Positions 44,502 to 54,977 are shown, numbered from the stretch's first letter. The stretch is DNA of 64,000 bases from Nannocystis bainbridge (GCF_028368995.1 NZ_JAQNDL010000002.1:352001-416000), one strand, 5' to 3'. The notes: generated by a model from the sequence alone, not told the origin. Made by a program: numbers and translations.

Positions 44502-45899
44502 TCAGCGCCCGATCTCGATGTTTTCAAGGATGCCGAGCGCGTCCGGGATCAGGACGGCCGCGGAGTAATAGGTGCTGACGAGGTAGCGGCCGACGGCCTT
44601 CTCGTTGGTGTCCATGCGGCGCACGGACAGGCCGGGCTCACGCTCGTCGGGGAGGCCGCTGCGGTAGAGGCCGATGACGCCCTGGTTGTCCTGCCCGACC
44701 CGCATGGCGAGGATCGAGCTGGTCTGCGTCGCGGAGATCGGGATCTTGTCGCACGGCAAGATCGGTACGCCGCGCCAGCCGGCGACGATCGACCCCTCGT
44801 ATTCGACGTTGGGCGGGTCGAGCCGCCGACGGGTGCACTCGCGGCGGAAGGCGGCGATGGTGCGCGGGTGGGCGAGGAAGAATTTGGTCTTGCGCCGGCG
44901 GCACAGCAGCTCGTCCATGTCGTCGGGCGTCGGCGGGCCGCTGCGGGTGCTGATCCGCTGCTTGTAGTCGGCGTTGTGGAGCAGGCCGAAGTCGAGGTTG
45001 TTGACGAGCTCGTGCTCCTGCCGCTCGCGCAGGGCGTCGATGGTGAGGCGCAGCTGCTCCTCGAGCTGGTCCATCGGCTCGTTGAAGAGGTCCGACACGC
45101 GCGTGTGGAGCTGCAGGATGGTCTGGGCCAGGCTGAGCTCGTACTCGCGGGGCGTGGCCTCGTAGTCGACGAAGGTGCCCGGCAGGGTGACCTCGCCGTG
45201 GTGGCCGGCGGTCAAGCGAATGGCGGCCTGACCGTGCTTGTCCTGCGGGGTCTTCAGCAGCTCCTTGAAGCGCTCGACGTGGGCCCGCAGCTTGGGCGAG
45301 CGGCCGATCAGCTCCTCGAACACCTGCTGCGGCAGCGCCAGCACGGTGCACGGCGTGACCGCCTTGACCGTGTAGTCCCAGGCGTCGTCGTCCTCGACGA
45401 GCGCCTGGTCGCCGAAGTGCGCGCCGTCGGCGATGACTTCGAGCAGGACCTCCTCGCCGTAGGCGCCGCGGCCGAGCTTGTTGGCCTTGCCGTGGACCAG
45501 CAAGTAGACGTGATCCGCCGGTTTGCCGCGCTCGGCGATCGCTTGCCCGGGCTTGAACTCGGCCTGCACGAAGCGGCTGGCCAGGTGCGACAGGACCTCG
45601 TCGTCGTCGAACCCGCGCAGCAGCGGCAGCTCGCCCAGCTCGGCCGGGACGACCTGAGCGCGCGCGCCGATGTTGGTAAACTCGATGCGCCCGTCGCCGA
45701 CAGCGACGTTCATGCGGCGGTTGACGCGGAAGGTGCCGCCGGTGACGTCGACCCAGGGCAGCGAGCGCAGCAGCCACCGCGGCGTGCGGCCCTGGTTCTG
45801 CGGCTCGGTCTTGGTGGTCGTCGCCAGCTGGCGCGCGGCCAGGGTCCCGAGGCTCGTCAGCTGCCCGTCGTCACGCCCGGACTTCTCGAAGATCGACAT
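44502..45899 (-). CDS. family 2B encapsulin shell protein with inserted cNMP-binding domain (copy 2)
   Basis: [58 protein letters not shown]. Confidence 0.93.
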   Translation of the reverse strand: MSIFEKSGRDDGQLTSLGTLAARQLATTTKTEPQNQGRTPRWLLRSLPWVDVTGGTFRVNRRMNVAVGDGRIEFTNIGARAQVVPAELGELPLLRGFDDDEVLSHLASRFVQAEFKPGQAIAERGKPADHVYLLVHGKANKLGRGAYGEEVLLEVIADGAHFGDQALVEDDDAWDYTVKAVTPCTVLALPQQVFEELIGRSPKLRAHVERFKELLKTPQDKHGQAAIRLTAGHHGEVTLPGTFVDYEATPREYELSLAQTILQLHTRVSDLFNEPMDQLEEQLRLTIDALRERQEHELVNNLDFGLLHNADYKQRISTRSGPPTPDDMDELLCRRRKTKFFLAHPRTIAAFRRECTRRRLDPPNVEYEGSIVAGWRGVPILPCDKIPISATQTSSILAMRVGQDNQGVIGLYRSGLPDEREPGLSVRRMDTNEKAVGRYLVSTYYSAAVLIPDALGILENIEIGR

Positions 45900-45983
45900 G
45901 ATTTCACCTCTATGCGGGGCTCAAGGATGCGGCGCTCCGATCCACACCGGAGGATCGGAGCGCCGCGGGATGCACGGCGATCG

Positions 45984-47381
45984 TCAGTCGGCGCGGCCGA
46001 TCTCGACGCTCTCGAGGATGCCGAGCGCGTCCGGGATCTGGACGGCGGCCGAGTAGTAGAGGCTGACGAGGTAGGAGATGACGGCCTTCTCGTTGATGCC
46101 CATGAAGCGCACCGACAGGCTCGGCTCGATCTCGTCGGGGATGCCTTTGTGCTGCAGGCCGATCACGCCCTGGTTCTTCTCGCCGACGCGCATCAGCAGG
46201 ACCGAGGTGGTGCGCGTGTCCGAGATCGGGATCTTGTTGCAGGGGAAGATCGGCACGCCGCGCCACGACGGGACGTGATGGCCGCCCAGCTCGACCGGCG
46301 TGGGGTAGATGCCGGCGCGGTTGCACTCGTGGCCGAACGCCGCGATGGTCCGCGGGTGGGCGAGGAAGAAGGCCGGCTCCTTCCACACGAGCGCCAGCAG
46401 GTTGTCCATGTCGTCCGGCGTCGGCGGGCCGCTGCGGGTGTGGATGCGCTGCTTGAGGTCGGCGTTGTGGAGCAGGCCGAACTCGGGGTTGTTGATGAGC
46501 TCGTGCTCCTGGCGCTCCTTCAGCGCCTCGACGGTCAGGCGCAGCTGCTCCTGCGTCTGGTTCATCGGCTCGTTGAAGAGGTCGGCCACGCGGGTGTGGA
46601 CCTGCAGCACCGTCTGGGCGACGCTGAGCTCGAACTCCCGCGGCGAGGTCTCGTAGTCGACGAAGGTGCCGGGCAGCACCGGCTCGCCCGTGTGGCCGGA
46701 GGCGACCTCGATCGCGGCCTGGCCGGTGTTGTCCTGCTTCTTCTGCGCGCGGGCCTTGAACTCGTCGACGTGCCGCTTGAGCGTCGGGAACTGATTCACG
46801 AGCTCCTCGAACGAGCTCTGCGACAGCGTGAGGATGCTGCCGGCGGTCACGGCCTTGGCGGTGAAGTCCCAGTAGTCCTGCGACTCGAGGATCGCCTGGT
46901 ACGAGTAATGGTCGCCGTCGGCCAGGGTCTCGAGGACCGCCTCGTCGCCGTACTTGCCGGTGCCGATCTTGTTGACCTTGCCGTGGGCGATGAGGACCAT
47001 CTCGTTGGCCTCGTTGCCCTTCTGCGTCAAGACGTCGCCCGCCTTGAACTCCTTCTGCACGAAGCGGCCGGCGAGCACGCTCAGCACCTCGAGGTCCTCG
47101 TAGCCGCGGAACAGCGGCAATTCGGTCAGCTCGAGCGGGACGACCTGGATCTTGGCGCCCGTGTTGTAGAAGGTGACGCGGCCGTCGCCGACGGCGTAGC
47201 TCAGGCGGCGGTTGAGGCGGAACACGCCGTTGACGTGGACCCACGGCAGCAACTTGAGCAGCCAGCGGGACGAGATGCCCTGCATCTGGGGCGGGGACTT
47301 CGTCGTCGTGGCCAGCTGCCGCGCGGCCGCCGTCGAGAGGCTCGTCTGCTGATCATTACCGGGCTTTCCTGCGATCGACAT
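45984..47381 (-). CDS. family 2B encapsulin shell protein with inserted cNMP-binding domain (copy 1)
   Basis: Same motifs as copy 2. AAGGA SD before MSIAGK. Confidence 0.93.
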   Translation of the reverse strand: MSIAGKPGNDQQTSLSTAAARQLATTTKSPPQMQGISSRWLLKLLPWVHVNGVFRLNRRLSYAVGDGRVTFYNTGAKIQVVPLELTELPLFRGYEDLEVLSVLAGRFVQKEFKAGDVLTQKGNEANEMVLIAHGKVNKIGTGKYGDEAVLETLADGDHYSYQAILESQDYWDFTAKAVTAGSILTLSQSSFEELVNQFPTLKRHVDEFKARAQKKQDNTGQAAIEVASGHTGEPVLPGTFVDYETSPREFELSVAQTVLQVHTRVADLFNEPMNQTQEQLRLTVEALKERQEHELINNPEFGLLHNADLKQRIHTRSGPPTPDDMDNLLALVWKEPAFFLAHPRTIAAFGHECNRAGIYPTPVELGGHHVPSWRGVPIFPCNKIPISDTRTTSVLLMRVGEKNQGVIGLQHKGIPDEIEPSLSVRFMGINEKAVISYLVSLYYSAAVQIPDALGILESVEIGRAD

Positions 47382-48372
47382 GACTATCCTTTTCACCGAC
47401 AGCTCCGCTGCCGCTTCCAATCTCGCTCGTACACGGGCCGGGTCGGCGCACCGCGATTCGAGCTGGCGGAGGTTACGCTCCAGCGTGGCGGAGGGTCAAG
47501 ACAATTCGGGGAGACGAAGCATTAAATGAAGGGTGAATTGATGACTGTGGATTGGGCGCTCGAACGCGCGGAGCGGGCGGTAGACCGCGCTTTCGTCAGG
47601 TCGCGCGATTGGGTGAATCCCGAACTGTCATGCGCCGATGATACGCGTTCCAGCCGCCGATAACGGCGTTGGCGTGTCATCCATGGTGTGTCTGGCGATT
47701 CCGGGCGAGCGATGATTCCCGGCTGCGCTTCGTCATCCACCCGCCGCCGCTGTCACGGCAGAGTGCGCGTCATCGTGACAGTGGTGGAAGGTCGAATCCG
47801 CCGAGCGGCGCGGGCCTGACCGCGGCCCGCGGGCCGGCAATGGCCATTGTTGCGCGGCTCGTATTCGCGGCGGCGCGCGGCGCGAGGGGCACGAATGCAC
47901 AGGGCCTATCCGGGCCGGCCGACGCGGACGCGACGACCGGCGTGTGCACGGCGTTCTGGCGGCGGCCGCGATCTACCTTATTAAAGAGATCGGGGGAGCG
48001 CCGACGTCGGGGCGCGTCGCCGTCAGGCGCGGTCGCGCCATTCGGCCCGGGGGCCGCGGGCGCGATCGTATAGGGCTTCGCGCGAGCGCGGCGGCGGCGA
48101 GCGAGGGTCGGTAAGAGCCACGCGCCGCCGGTGATCGATCGCGGCGGAGCGTGCGTGGCCCGCAAATCGTGCGACATCGCCGCGACGTCGCCGTTATTCC
48201 CCGGTATTCGCGGTCGACGCTGAAATGTCGCGAAGCGGACAATGGTGGGACAGGGGGCGCTGATTCAGCGCACCACCCCGCGGGGGGCCGGCGCGCGCGG
48301 CAGAGTTCGTTCGCCGCGACAGCCTGCGCCGATCGCCGGGCTCGCTGCCGGCGACGCACGTCGCGGAGCCGA

Positions 48373-48481
48373 GGCGAGGCACGGGCCGTCAGGACGCGTC
48401 GTGCGCCGCCCCGTGGCCGCCCGGTGGGCGGGCGGGCGCCCACGGCGAGGCACGGGCCGTCAGGACGCGTCGTGCGCCGCC
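48373..48481. repeat. 38-bp exact direct repeat
   Basis: GGCGAGGCACGGGCCGTCAGGACGCGTCGTGCGCCGCC at 48373-48410 and 48444-48481. The second copy spans the cREC gene stop. Confidence 0.88.
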
Positions 48482-48801
48482 TCGCGGGCGCGCAGGAGGC
48501 GGGCGATCGCGGCGATGCCGGCCTCCATGCGCGCGCGAGCGGCGGTGTTTGCGGAGTGCACGGCGAGGGCGGGCGGGACGAAGCCGCGGGTGGCGACGGC
48601 CTCCTCGATCCAGCGGACGACGTCATAGCCGGTGCCGCGCGCGTCGTCGCCGAGGTCGTGATCGAGGCTGAGCTCGGCGACGGCGCCGGTCTGCAGCAGG
48701 GCCACGACCTCGTCGGGCCAGCGCACCGGCAGCCAGCCGGGCGGGGCCGGGCGCTCGTCGTCGAGCCAGAGCCGCAGGTTCGGAGCTGTCGCTTCGGACA
48801 T
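48460..48801 (-). CDS. cyclic-phosphate-processing receiver (cREC) domain protein
   Basis: LWLDDERPAP, SLDHDLG, TGYDVVRWIEE, VHSAN. Confidence 0.85.
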   Translation of the reverse strand: MSEATAPNLRLWLDDERPAPPGWLPVRWPDEVVALLQTGAVAELSLDHDLGDDARGTGYDVVRWIEEAVATRGFVPPALAVHSANTAARARMEAGIAAIARLLRAREAAHDAS

Positions 48802-48821
48802 GTCCCGAGAGACCTCTCGGA

Positions 48822-50393
48822 TCAGCGGACCATGACCCACCGGGCGGCGCCGGGCTTGTGGCAGTCGTGGATCGGGACGACGGCGTCGAGGGTGTTGGGG
48901 TCGGAGGCGAAGGTGTCGGCGGAGGGGGAGACCACCGCGGCGCCCTTCCACGGGTAGTTGGCGAGGCCGCAGCCGTACTGGTCCTGGGCGATCTCGTCGA
49001 TGTGCCAGGCGCCGGCGCAGCCCTCGGAGGTGCCGACGTGCCAGGTGCAGATGGTCTTGTTCTGGACGAAGTTGCCCTTGAGGCGGGCCTCCTTGTAGAG
49101 CACCTTGGTCCAGTTGAAGCAACTGTTGGGGCCGCCCTGGCCGTTGAAGAGGTTGGTGGCGGCGGTGAGCAGGTAGTCGTCGCCGCGGCAGTCGATGCGC
49201 ATGTCGGTCGCGAGGTCGCGCCAGGTCGTCATCTGGGCCTTGGACAGGCGGTGGCGGGCGTTGGCGGGGTCGGCCGGATTGACGGGCAGGTCGTTGTAGA
49301 GGGCCTTGCCGATGGTCTGGGCGCCGAGCGGGCTGCGCTCGAGCACGGTCCAGCCGCCGCCGGCGGTGAGCATGTCGCAGAAGACGGATTGCGCCGGCTG
49401 CGGACCGACGCCGTCGGGGTCGACGAGGTAGACGCCGCTCGGGGCCTGGGGGAGGCTGGCGTGCAGCTGCTGGCAGGTCTCCGGCACGGTGCAGACGCTG
49501 GTGCAGCCGTCGCCTTCGTCGGCGTCGGCGTCGTCGCACTGCTCGACGCCGGCTTGCACGTGGCCGTCGCCGCAGCTAGCGGCGATGCAGTCCGTCAGGC
49601 AGGCGTCGGTCTGCGCGGCGTTGCCGTCGTCGCAGACCTCGACGCCGTCCTGGACGTGGCCGTCGCCGCACTTGGCGAGCTCGCAGGTGGTGAGGCAAGC
49701 GTCGGTGTCGTCGGCGTTGGCGTCGTCGCAGGCCTCGACGCCGTCGCGCACGTGGCCGTCGCCGCAGCTGGCGGCCAGACAGGTGGAGAGGCAGGCGTCG
49801 GTGTCGTCGGCGTTGGCGTCGTCGCAGGCTTCGCCGACCTGGACCGCCCCGTCGCCGCAGGTCGCGAGGGCGCAGTTGTTGGTGCAGGCGTCGTCGTCGT
49901 CGTCGTTGGCGTCGTCGCAGGCCTCGACGCCGGCCTGGACCAGGCCGTCGCCGCACTCGGCGAGGGCGCAGGCGAGGGTGCAGTTGCCGTCGTCGGCGTT
50001 GGCCGGGCCAGCGTCGCAGGCCTCGCCGTCGTCGACCTCGCCGTCGCCGCAGAAGGGGGCGGGGCCGGTGGTGCCATCCGTGGTGGTGGTGGTGTCGACC
50101 GAGGTGGTGCCGGTTTCGGTGGTGCTGGTCGAGGTCGAGGTCGAGGTGGTGGTGGTGTCGCCGGTGGTGGTGGTCGAGTCGCTGGCGTTGCCGGTGCCGA
50201 GCGTGCTGTCGCCGGTGGTCGGCACGCCGGTGGTCGGCGCCGGTTCGCCGCTGCTTTCACCGCCGGTCGTCGCCTGCGTGTCCGTGCCGGCCGTGGCCGT
50301 GTCGGTGGTGACCGCGACGCCGCTGTCTCCGCACCCCGCCGCGACGAGGACCGTGGCAAAGGCGCCCCTGCTCCCCCATACAAACAGTTTCAT
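48822..50393 (-). CDS. lipoprotein with DUF4215 Cys-rich repeats and fibrinogen-like C-terminal domain
   Basis: Lipobox AAGC, Thr linker, six CGDG...EACDD repeats, SGVYLVDPDG..FCDM..GGGWT. Confidence 0.88.
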   Translation of the reverse strand: MKLFVWGSRGAFATVLVAAGCGDSGVAVTTDTATAGTDTQATTGGESSGEPAPTTGVPTTGDSTLGTGNASDSTTTTGDTTTTSTSTSTSTTETGTTSVDTTTTTDGTTGPAPFCGDGEVDDGEACDAGPANADDGNCTLACALAECGDGLVQAGVEACDDANDDDDDACTNNCALATCGDGAVQVGEACDDANADDTDACLSTCLAASCGDGHVRDGVEACDDANADDTDACLTTCELAKCGDGHVQDGVEVCDDGNAAQTDACLTDCIAASCGDGHVQAGVEQCDDADADEGDGCTSVCTVPETCQQLHASLPQAPSGVYLVDPDGVGPQPAQSVFCDMLTAGGGWTVLERSPLGAQTIGKALYNDLPVNPADPANARHRLSKAQMTTWRDLATDMRIDCRGDDYLLTAATNLFNGQGGPNSCFNWTKVLYKEARLKGNFVQNKTICTWHVGTSEGCAGAWHIDEIAQDQYGCGLANYPWKGAAVVSPSADTFASDPNTLDAVVPIHDCHKPGAARWVMVR

Positions 50394-50861
50394 GGCGGGA
50401 TGGTACGCGAACGGATCGCTGGCCGGGGAGCCGCGTCGATCGGCACGAGGACGGCGGCGCCGACGCTGGCGTCGTGCAGGCGGGTGCACGGTGACGTGGC
50501 GGAGGTGCGGGGCGAGACCACCCGGCCCGCGTGCGCAGAGCGGGCCGCGGAGGAGGAGCTGTCTTTCGAGACATGTCCGTGGATTCGCCGGGGTGGTGAC
50601 ACGGCGGTAGCAAGGGGCCGGTGCGGTGGGAGCTGGTCGCTCACGGCCGAGTGCATCGAGGAGCGCTTGTTCCGGATCTCGAAACGAGAGCGCGGGGCCG
50701 AGCGCCGTGGTGTCGGCGTCGCCGACGCGGTGCGTCGATGCACGACATCGTCGCGCGCGGCTCGCTGCGAGGCCACGCTTCGCAAGCGAACGCACGAGGA
50801 CGCGGCAGCTGGATCGCGGCAGCAGGACGCTAGCTCGCGTGGGGGTGACGGGGACTGATGC

Positions 50862-51614
50862 TCACCAGGGGGTATCGCCGCTCGCTTCCACGAACCGACC
50901 GGAGACGGCGTCGGCGCCGCGCAGCGCGTGCTGGACCGGCAGCCTCGCGCCGTCCTCGGCGGTCAGGAAACCCTGGTGCCCGGTCAGATCCGTCTTCACG
51001 TAGCCCGGGCTCACCGAGGTCACGACGATCGGCGTGTCCCGCAGCTCCTCGGCGAGCTGGACGGTGAGCATGTTGAGGGCCGCCTTGCTGGCGTTGTAGC
51101 CGATGAGCCGCGCCGAATAATAAGGCGACGAAGGATCGCCGTTCAGCGTCAGCGAACCGAGAGAGCTCGAGAGGTTGACGATCCGCGCGGCCGGCGAGCG
51201 GCGCAGCAGCGGCAGCATCGCCTGCGTGACCGCCAGGGTGCCGACGAAGTTGGTATTGACGATCTTGCGCACGGCGGCGATCGAGGCGGCGCTGGGCGGG
51301 CCGTCCTCGGCGTCGACGATGCCGGCGTTGTTGACGAGGATGTCGAGCCGGCCGTGCTCGGCGGCGATCGAGGCGGCGGCGGCCGCGATGCTGGCCTCGT
51401 CCTCGAGGTCGAGCTGGACCGCCTGGGCGGTCAGCCCCTGCTGCGCCAGAGCGTGCACCGCTGCGCTCGCCCGTCCGCGGTCGCGCGCGCCGAGGAGGAC
51501 GATGACGCCGGCTCGCGCGAGCTGGCGGGCGATCTCGAGGCCGATGCCCTTGTTCGCGCCGGTGACGAGCGCGACGCGCTCGGTGACCCCTGCCTGATGG
51601 ACCTTGTCGTGCAT
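50862..51614 (-). CDS. short-chain dehydrogenase/reductase (carbonyl reductase-like)
   Basis: TGANKGIG, LVNNAG, YNASK, PGYVKTDL. Confidence 0.92.
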   Translation of the reverse strand: MHDKVHQAGVTERVALVTGANKGIGLEIARQLARAGVIVLLGARDRGRASAAVHALAQQGLTAQAVQLDLEDEASIAAAAASIAAEHGRLDILVNNAGIVDAEDGPPSAASIAAVRKIVNTNFVGTLAVTQAMLPLLRRSPAARIVNLSSSLGSLTLNGDPSSPYYSARLIGYNASKAALNMLTVQLAEELRDTPIVVTSVSPGYVKTDLTGHQGFLTAEDGARLPVQHALRGADAVSGRFVEASGDTPW

Positions 51615-51708
51615 GCGTGGAGTCTTAGGCCGCCGCGACGCGACGAGGAAGGGCGATCGGCGCACGACTCTGTTGCTCGCCGGTCAACAATTGGCGGAGA
51701 CTCGGGTG

Positions 51709-52644
51709 ATGGATCCGCTCAGCGAGATCGGCGTGTTCGTCCGCGTGGTCGAGAAGCGGAGCTTCACGCTCGCCGCGCGGACGATGGGCCTCACCGCGTC
51801 CGGGGTCAGCCGAGCGGTCGCGCGGCTCGAGGGGCGCCTCGGCGTGCGCCTGCTGGAGCGGACCACCCGCAGCGTCGGGCTCACCGCCGACGGCGCCGTC
51901 TACTTCGAGCGCTGCACCCGTATCCTGCGCGAGCTCGAGGAGGCCGACAGGGCGGTCGCCAGCACGCGGAGCGCACCCCGCGGGAGGCTCCGCGTCGACG
52001 CGCCCTCGATGTTCGGGAGCTACGTGCTCGGCCCGGCGATCGGGCGCTTCCTGGCGGCGTATCCCGAGCTGTCCGTCGATCTCAGCCTCCGCGATCACCT
52101 CGTCGATCCGATCGCCGAGGGGATCGACGTGGTCTTGCGAATGGCGAAGCTGCGGGAGAGCGAGCTGCATTGCAAGCACCTGGGGGCGATGCCGCTGGTG
52201 ATCGTCGGGACGCCGGCTTACTTCGCGCGCCGGGGTCGGCCGAGCACCGTCGAGGACCTGCGCCAGCACGATACGCTCGGGTTCCTGGTCGGCGCGATGC
52301 CTCTCGCGTGGAAGCTCCGCCACGAGGACGGCGAGCTGGCGCTGCCGCCGACGGGGCGGCTCTACTCGAACGGCATCGGGGCGCTGCTCGACGCGGCGCG
52401 CGCGAGCCAGGGCATCGTGCAGGTGTTCGAGCACGTCGTGCGCGACGAGCTCGGGCGCGGGACGTTCGAGGCGGTCCTGCGCGCCGAGCAGCAGCAGGAG
52501 GTGCCGGTCACCGCGCTCTACGCGAAGGAGAAGGCGCAGCTGCCGAAGGTGCGCGTGTTCCTCGAGTTCACGGCCGAGCTGATGCGCGCGGCCGCGAAGC
52601 CCGTCGGCCCGGCGAAGCGGCGCGAGGGCGTGCGGCGGTCGTAG
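51709..52644 (+). CDS. LysR family transcriptional regulator
   Basis: SFTLAARTMG..SGVSRAVARLE..LLERTTR HTH. Divergent from the SDR. Confidence 0.93.
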   Translation: MDPLSEIGVFVRVVEKRSFTLAARTMGLTASGVSRAVARLEGRLGVRLLERTTRSVGLTADGAVYFERCTRILRELEEADRAVASTRSAPRGRLRVDAPSMFGSYVLGPAIGRFLAAYPELSVDLSLRDHLVDPIAEGIDVVLRMAKLRESELHCKHLGAMPLVIVGTPAYFARRGRPSTVEDLRQHDTLGFLVGAMPLAWKLRHEDGELALPPTGRLYSNGIGALLDAARASQGIVQVFEHVVRDELGRGTFEAVLRAEQQQEVPVTALYAKEKAQLPKVRVFLEFTAELMRAAAKPVGPAKRREGVRRS

Positions 52645-52653
52645 AGTTTCGCG

Positions 52654-53619
52654 TCAGCCGGGGATGACGAAGCACTGGATGCTGGTGTCGATGCGGAAGT
52701 TCGACTGGGTGGTGTGGCGCTCGGCGTGGAAGATGTCCATCGAGTAGGTGCCGTTCAGCTGGATGCCGAAGAAGCCGGCGTTGCCGTCGAGGTCGATGCT
52801 CTCGGTGAGGGCCCCGTGGACGCCGCCGAGGTCGATGGCGAGCTTGCCGTTGATGAACAGCCACAGGTCGTCGTCACCGGTGAATGTGAACACTTCGCCG
52901 CCCGAATAGGTGAACTGGGTGTGGATCTCGGTGGTGAAGTGGAAGTTGTGGTTGTTGCCCTGGTTGCCCCAGCCCTGGTCGTCGACCGGGAAGAAGTTGT
53001 TGTTCTGATAGGTGTACTGACCGGGCATGACCTCGGTCAGCTCGATCTGGATCTCGAACGATTGGTTGACGTCGGCGACGTCGTTGTACCACTGGGCGAA
53101 CTCCGTCGGCCCGGTGGTGACGGAGGTGCTGCCGCCGTGGGCGTAGACCGGCTTGTGGTCGGGGCCGAGGTCGATCTGGACGAGGCCGTCGACGGTGCCG
53201 CCGTAGCTCTCGAAGTCCGGGTGATTCTCCTTGAAGTCGCGCACGGTGGCCGTGAGCAGGGAGGTACACTCGGGCGGCCGCTCGCCGGTGGTGGTGGTGG
53301 TGCCGGTGGTGGTGGTCTCGGTGGTCGTGGTGGTGGAAGTCGTGGTCGTGTCGGTGGTGGTGGTGGTGGTCGACGGATCGACGGGGCCGGTGGTGGGGCC
53401 GAGGGTGGTGGGCTCGGCAGTGGCGACGGTGCCGGTGGTGTCGGGCGCGGTGGTGCCGGTCTCGCTGGTGGCAGGCTCGGTGGTGCCGGTGGTGGTCAGG
53501 CCGCCGAGGGTGGACGGGCTGGTGGCCGAGCTGCCCTGGACAGCGCCGGAGTCGCCGCAGGCGGAGGCGGCGAGGACGAGGGTCGAGAGGGTGAAGCTGT
53601 ACTTGAAGACATGTCGCAT
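52654..53619 (-). CDS. fibro-slime domain lipoprotein
   Basis: Lipobox ASAC, Thr linker, RDFK..HPDFE, HNFHFTTE, FTGDDDLWLFING, DIFHAERH. Confidence 0.92.
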   Translation of the reverse strand: MRHVFKYSFTLSTLVLAASACGDSGAVQGSSATSPSTLGGLTTTGTTEPATSETGTTAPDTTGTVATAEPTTLGPTTGPVDPSTTTTTTDTTTTSTTTTTETTTTGTTTTTGERPPECTSLLTATVRDFKENHPDFESYGGTVDGLVQIDLGPDHKPVYAHGGSTSVTTGPTEFAQWYNDVADVNQSFEIQIELTEVMPGQYTYQNNNFFPVDDQGWGNQGNNHNFHFTTEIHTQFTYSGGEVFTFTGDDDLWLFINGKLAIDLGGVHGALTESIDLDGNAGFFGIQLNGTYSMDIFHAERHTTQSNFRIDTSIQCFVIPG

Positions 53620-53758
53620 GGGACTCCCGCGCGGCCTGGGCCGGCCCACGATCACATACCACGCCAGGCTGCGCGCGGCCCCCGGGGATGCCCGGGCCAG
53701 GCGCGCCCGGGGCGCGGCCGGTGGACAGGGCCTGGGCGGCGCACTAGCCTCGCAGCCG

Positions 53759-54745
53759 ATGTTCGCCCGCGCGCTCCAGCTCGTCACCGCCGCGTCGCTC
53801 GCCCTGTCCGCGGCCGCGTGCGTGAGCCACTCGTCGACGCCGATGACGGGGCGGGTGGAGGTGCCGCTGGCAGACAAGCGGATCGGGCAATACATCTCGT
53901 CGGGCTGGTCGTTCGATACTTCGAGCTTCTGGATCGAGGGGCCCGAGGGAGTGGTGGTGATCGATGTGCAGTTCCTGCCCTCGATCGCGGCCGAGGTGAT
54001 CGCGGCGGCAGAGCGAGTGACCCGCAAGAAGGTGGTGGCGGCGATCGTGCTGCACCCGAACCCGGACAAGTTCAACGGGACGGCGACGTTCCAGGCCCGC
54101 GGGATCGAGGTGTGGACTTCGGAGCAGGTGCTGGGGCTGATCCCGGAGGTGTTCGCCAGGCGCTCGGAGGTGTTCGCGGAGCGCTATGCGCCCGACTGGC
54201 CGACAGCGACGCCGCAGCCGCGCAGCTTCGGGGCGGCGACGACGACGCTGAAGCTGGCAGGCCTCGAGCTGAAGGCGCATGTGCTCGGGCCGGGCTGCAG
54301 CGCGGCGCACGTGGTGATCGAATGGGAGGACCACGTGTTCGTCGGCGATCTGGTGGCGAACAAGGCCCACGCGTGGCTCGATCTCGGGGAGACGGCGGGG
54401 TGGCTGCAGCGGTTGACGGAGATCGAGGCGATGGGGGCGCGGTCGGTGCACCCGGGCCGCGGCCGCTCGGGCGGGGCCGAGCTGGTGACGAATCAGCGCG
54501 AGTACCTTCAAACGGTGGTGTCGCTGGTGGCGGCGGAGAAGCCGACGATGCCGCCGGAGCCTGCCGCGATTCAGCGGGTGCGGGCGGAGCTGGAGCGCCG
54601 CTACCAGGATTACCGGTTCCCGGTGTTCCTCGAGACCGCGGTGCCGGCGGTGTGGCGCCAATTGGCAGCGGAGACCGCAGCCGAGGGGCCGGAAGAGGCC
54701 CCCGCGGAGGCTCCGCCGGAGTCGCAGCCGACGGCGCAGCCGTAG
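53759..54745 (+). CDS. metallo-beta-lactamase-fold lipoprotein with atypical metal motif
   Basis: Lipobox AAAC, VVVIDVQF, LHPNPDKFNG, FVGDLV, VHPGRG. Confidence 0.8.
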   Translation: MFARALQLVTAASLALSAAACVSHSSTPMTGRVEVPLADKRIGQYISSGWSFDTSSFWIEGPEGVVVIDVQFLPSIAAEVIAAAERVTRKKVVAAIVLHPNPDKFNGTATFQARGIEVWTSEQVLGLIPEVFARRSEVFAERYAPDWPTATPQPRSFGAATTTLKLAGLELKAHVLGPGCSAAHVVIEWEDHVFVGDLVANKAHAWLDLGETAGWLQRLTEIEAMGARSVHPGRGRSGGAELVTNQREYLQTVVSLVAAEKPTMPPEPAAIQRVRAELERRYQDYRFPVFLETAVPAVWRQLAAETAAEGPEEAPAEAPPESQPTAQP

Positions 54746-54774
54746 CTGGGGTGGAGGCTCCGTGCGAGGCCGAG

Positions 54775-54878
54775 GGTCGCAGCGGTGGGCTTCGAGCGCG
54801 GCGGAGGGCCCGCGAGATCGAAGCGAGGTCGCAGGCTCGGTGGGCTTCCAGCGTGGCGGAGGGTCCGCGAGATCGAAG
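54775..54878. repeat. two imperfect ~55-bp direct repeats
   Basis: CGGTGGGCTTC(G/C)AGCG(C/T)GGCGGAGGG(C/T)CCGCGAGATCGAAG at 54783 and 54838. Confidence 0.8.
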
Positions 54879-54897
54879 ACATCGCGCCTGGCCTGTG

Positions 54898-54963
54898 GGG
54901 CATGCCCGATCGATCATGCCTATCAGAACATGTCTTTAGGCACCTGTGCGATCGGCCATGCGT
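54898..54963. repeat. CATG-box array (14-bp period)
   Basis: Cores at 54901, 54915, 54929, (54943 CCTG), 54957. Between convergent genes. Confidence 0.8.
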
Positions 54964-54977
54964 AGGCGTCCGGCGGC

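Noticed and set aside
44502-47381. Crp/Fnr transcription regulators
   Set aside because: No HTH. The cNMP domain is inserted in an encapsulin shell sequence.
49480-50060. DNA tandem repeats
   Set aside because: Explained by coding DUF4215 Cys-rich repeats. The ACC/ACG runs elsewhere are likewise Thr linkers.
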